NCBI GenBank assembly: GCA_032718475.1
Contig: JAUCBJ010000218.1
Span: 1 to 50,037, forward strand
Direction of reading: 5' to 3'
DNA: 50,037 nucleotides
From: Nemertoderma westbladi
Lineage: Eukaryota > Animalia > Xenacoelomorpha
The position numbers and the translations under genes were made by a program. The number at the start of each line of letters is the position of its first letter. The first letter of the stretch is position 1. Positions 48,263 through 50,037 of the stretch are shown piece by piece. Below the pieces are notes generated by a model. The model was given only the letters and a program-made list of their open reading frames with translations. It searched no databases and had not been told where the DNA came from.

Positions 48263-49250
48263 GTAATTATTTTTGGGGGATGAATAATTGTTTTTGGGGA
48301 ATCAATAATTGTTTTGGGGGGTAGAATAATTGTTTTTGGGGGATGAATAATTGTTTTTTGGGGAATAATAATTGATTTTGGGGGATGAATAATTGTTTTT
48401 GGGGGATGAATAATTGTTTTTTGGGGGAATAATAATTGATTTTGGGGGATGAATAATTGTTTTTGGGGAATCAATAATTGTTTTTGGGGGTAGAATAATT
48501 GTTTTTGGGGGATGAATAATTGTTTTTTGGGGGAATATTAATTGATTTTGGGGGATGAATAATTGTTTTTGGGGGATGAATAATTGTTTTTTGGGGGAAT
48601 AATAATTGATTTTGGGTGATGATTAATTGTTTTTGGGGGATGAATAATTGTTTTTGGGGGATGAATAATTGTTTTTTGGGAATCAATAATTGTTTTTGGG
48701 GGTAGAATAATTGTTTTTGGGGGATGAATAATTGTTTTTTGGGGGAATAATAATTGATTTTGGAGGATGAATAATTGTTTTTGGGGGATGAATAATTGTT
48801 TTTTGGGGGAATAATAATTGATTTTGGGGGATGAATAATTGTTTTTGGGGAATCAATAATTGTTTTTGGGGGTAGAATAATTGTTTTTGGAGGATGAATA
48901 ATTGTTTTTGGGGGATGAATAATTGTTTTTTGGGGGAATAATAATTGATTTTGGGGGATGATTAATTGTTTTAGGGGAATAAATAATTGTTTTTGGGGGA
49001 CGAATAATTGTTTTTGGGGGATGAATAATTGTTTTTGGGGGATGAATAATTGTTTTTGGGGAATCAATAATTGTTTTTGGGGGTAGAATAATTGTTTTTG
49101 GGGGATGAATAATTGTTTTTTGGGGGAATAATAATTGATTTTGGGGGATGAATAATTGTTTTTGGGGAATCAATAATTGTTTTTGGGGGACGAATAATTG
49201 TTTTTGGGGGATGAATAATTGTTTTTGGGGGATGAATAATTATTTTTGGT
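48263..49250. repeat. ~21-22-bp tandem array (gggggatgaataattgttttt), opposite orientation to the previous array
   Basis: Directly visible; its reverse complement resembles the 47470-47640 units. Confidence 0.92.
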
Positions 49251-49579
49251 GAGAGGCATATTCAATATTGGGGGATGTGAATTGGTGCTACAAAAAAATA
49301 TATTTGGTGGAAAATAATTTATTTTGGTGTTAAATCATCTAATTTGGGGTGGCATTCAATTAGTGGCGATTTTTTATTATTGGTAACAGCTCCGTATAGC
49401 ACTACATTTTTATAACATACATCATTGTTACCATGGCAACTTTGTAGAGTTCTAGAACAACAAATATATAATGTTCTAGAACATACCTGTATAGCTAGTT
49501 ATTTTTAAAATTTAAAATTGCTAGTAATATAAAATTTTTTATTTATTTATATTATTTACCGGTATTTATTCAAAATAGG

Positions 49580-50037
49580 CGGGGGTACCCAGGTTATGGG
49601 TCGGGTGTTTACCCAGGATGGAGGGGCGGGTGCTACCCTGGTTGAGGGGCAGACCCTGGTTGAGGGGCGGGTGGGGGTGGCACCCTGGTTGAGGGGGCGG
49701 GTGGGGGTGGTACCCTGGTTGAGGGGCGGGTGGGGGTGGTACCCTGGTTGAGGGGGCGGGTGGGGGTGGTACCCTGGTTGAGGAGGCGTGTGGGGGTGTT
49801 AACCTGTTTGATGGGGCGGGTGGGGTGGTACCCTGGTTGAGGGGGTGGGTGGTACCCTGGTTGAGGGGGTGGGTGGTATCCTGGTTGAGGGAGCTGGTGG
49901 TAAACAGGTTGAGGGTGCTAGAGGTACCCAGTTTGAGGGTGGGTGTGGTACCCAGATTGGCGGGGCTGGTGGTACCCTGGTTGAGGGGTGGGTGGTACCC
50001 TGGTTGAGGGGGCGGGTGGGGGTGGTACCCTGGTTGA
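49580..50037. repeat. G-rich ~25-31-bp minisatellite, runs off the window end
   Basis: Unit gtaccctggttgaggggcgggtgggggtg. Confidence 0.92.

Noticed and set aside
47578-50007. ORFs in the terminal arrays
   Set aside because: Repeat translations with no protein features.

Overview
AT-rich, repeat-dense eukaryotic (probably invertebrate animal) genomic DNA. There is one host gene, an intronless B-Raf-like kinase (7109-9454). The rest is a nest of mobile elements: a truncated CR1-type LINE, an intact PHD-bearing CRE-like RLE retrotransposon, several MITEs, a tRNA-derived SINE, an L2 fragment and four tandem arrays. The most striking feature is a 15.3-kb Polinton/Maverick-like element (17147-32492) with AGTAGT termini, ~950-bp TIRs and a perfect 6-bp CACGTA target-site duplication. 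It is inserted into the RT of a LINE whose reading frame is restored on removal. I see no integrase, packaging ATPase, protease or capsid ORF in it. It carries only a zinc-finger/EndoVII protein-primed DNA polymerase B (one premature stop), a divergent TBP-like ORF, a convergent 569-aa ORF with apparent PC4-like repeats, putative spliced leader exons, and ~18 tRNA B-box-like motifs. It looks like a minimal, helper-dependent self-synthesising replicon or one segment of a multipartite Polinton-like virus. All protein family calls are by eye; no database search was run.
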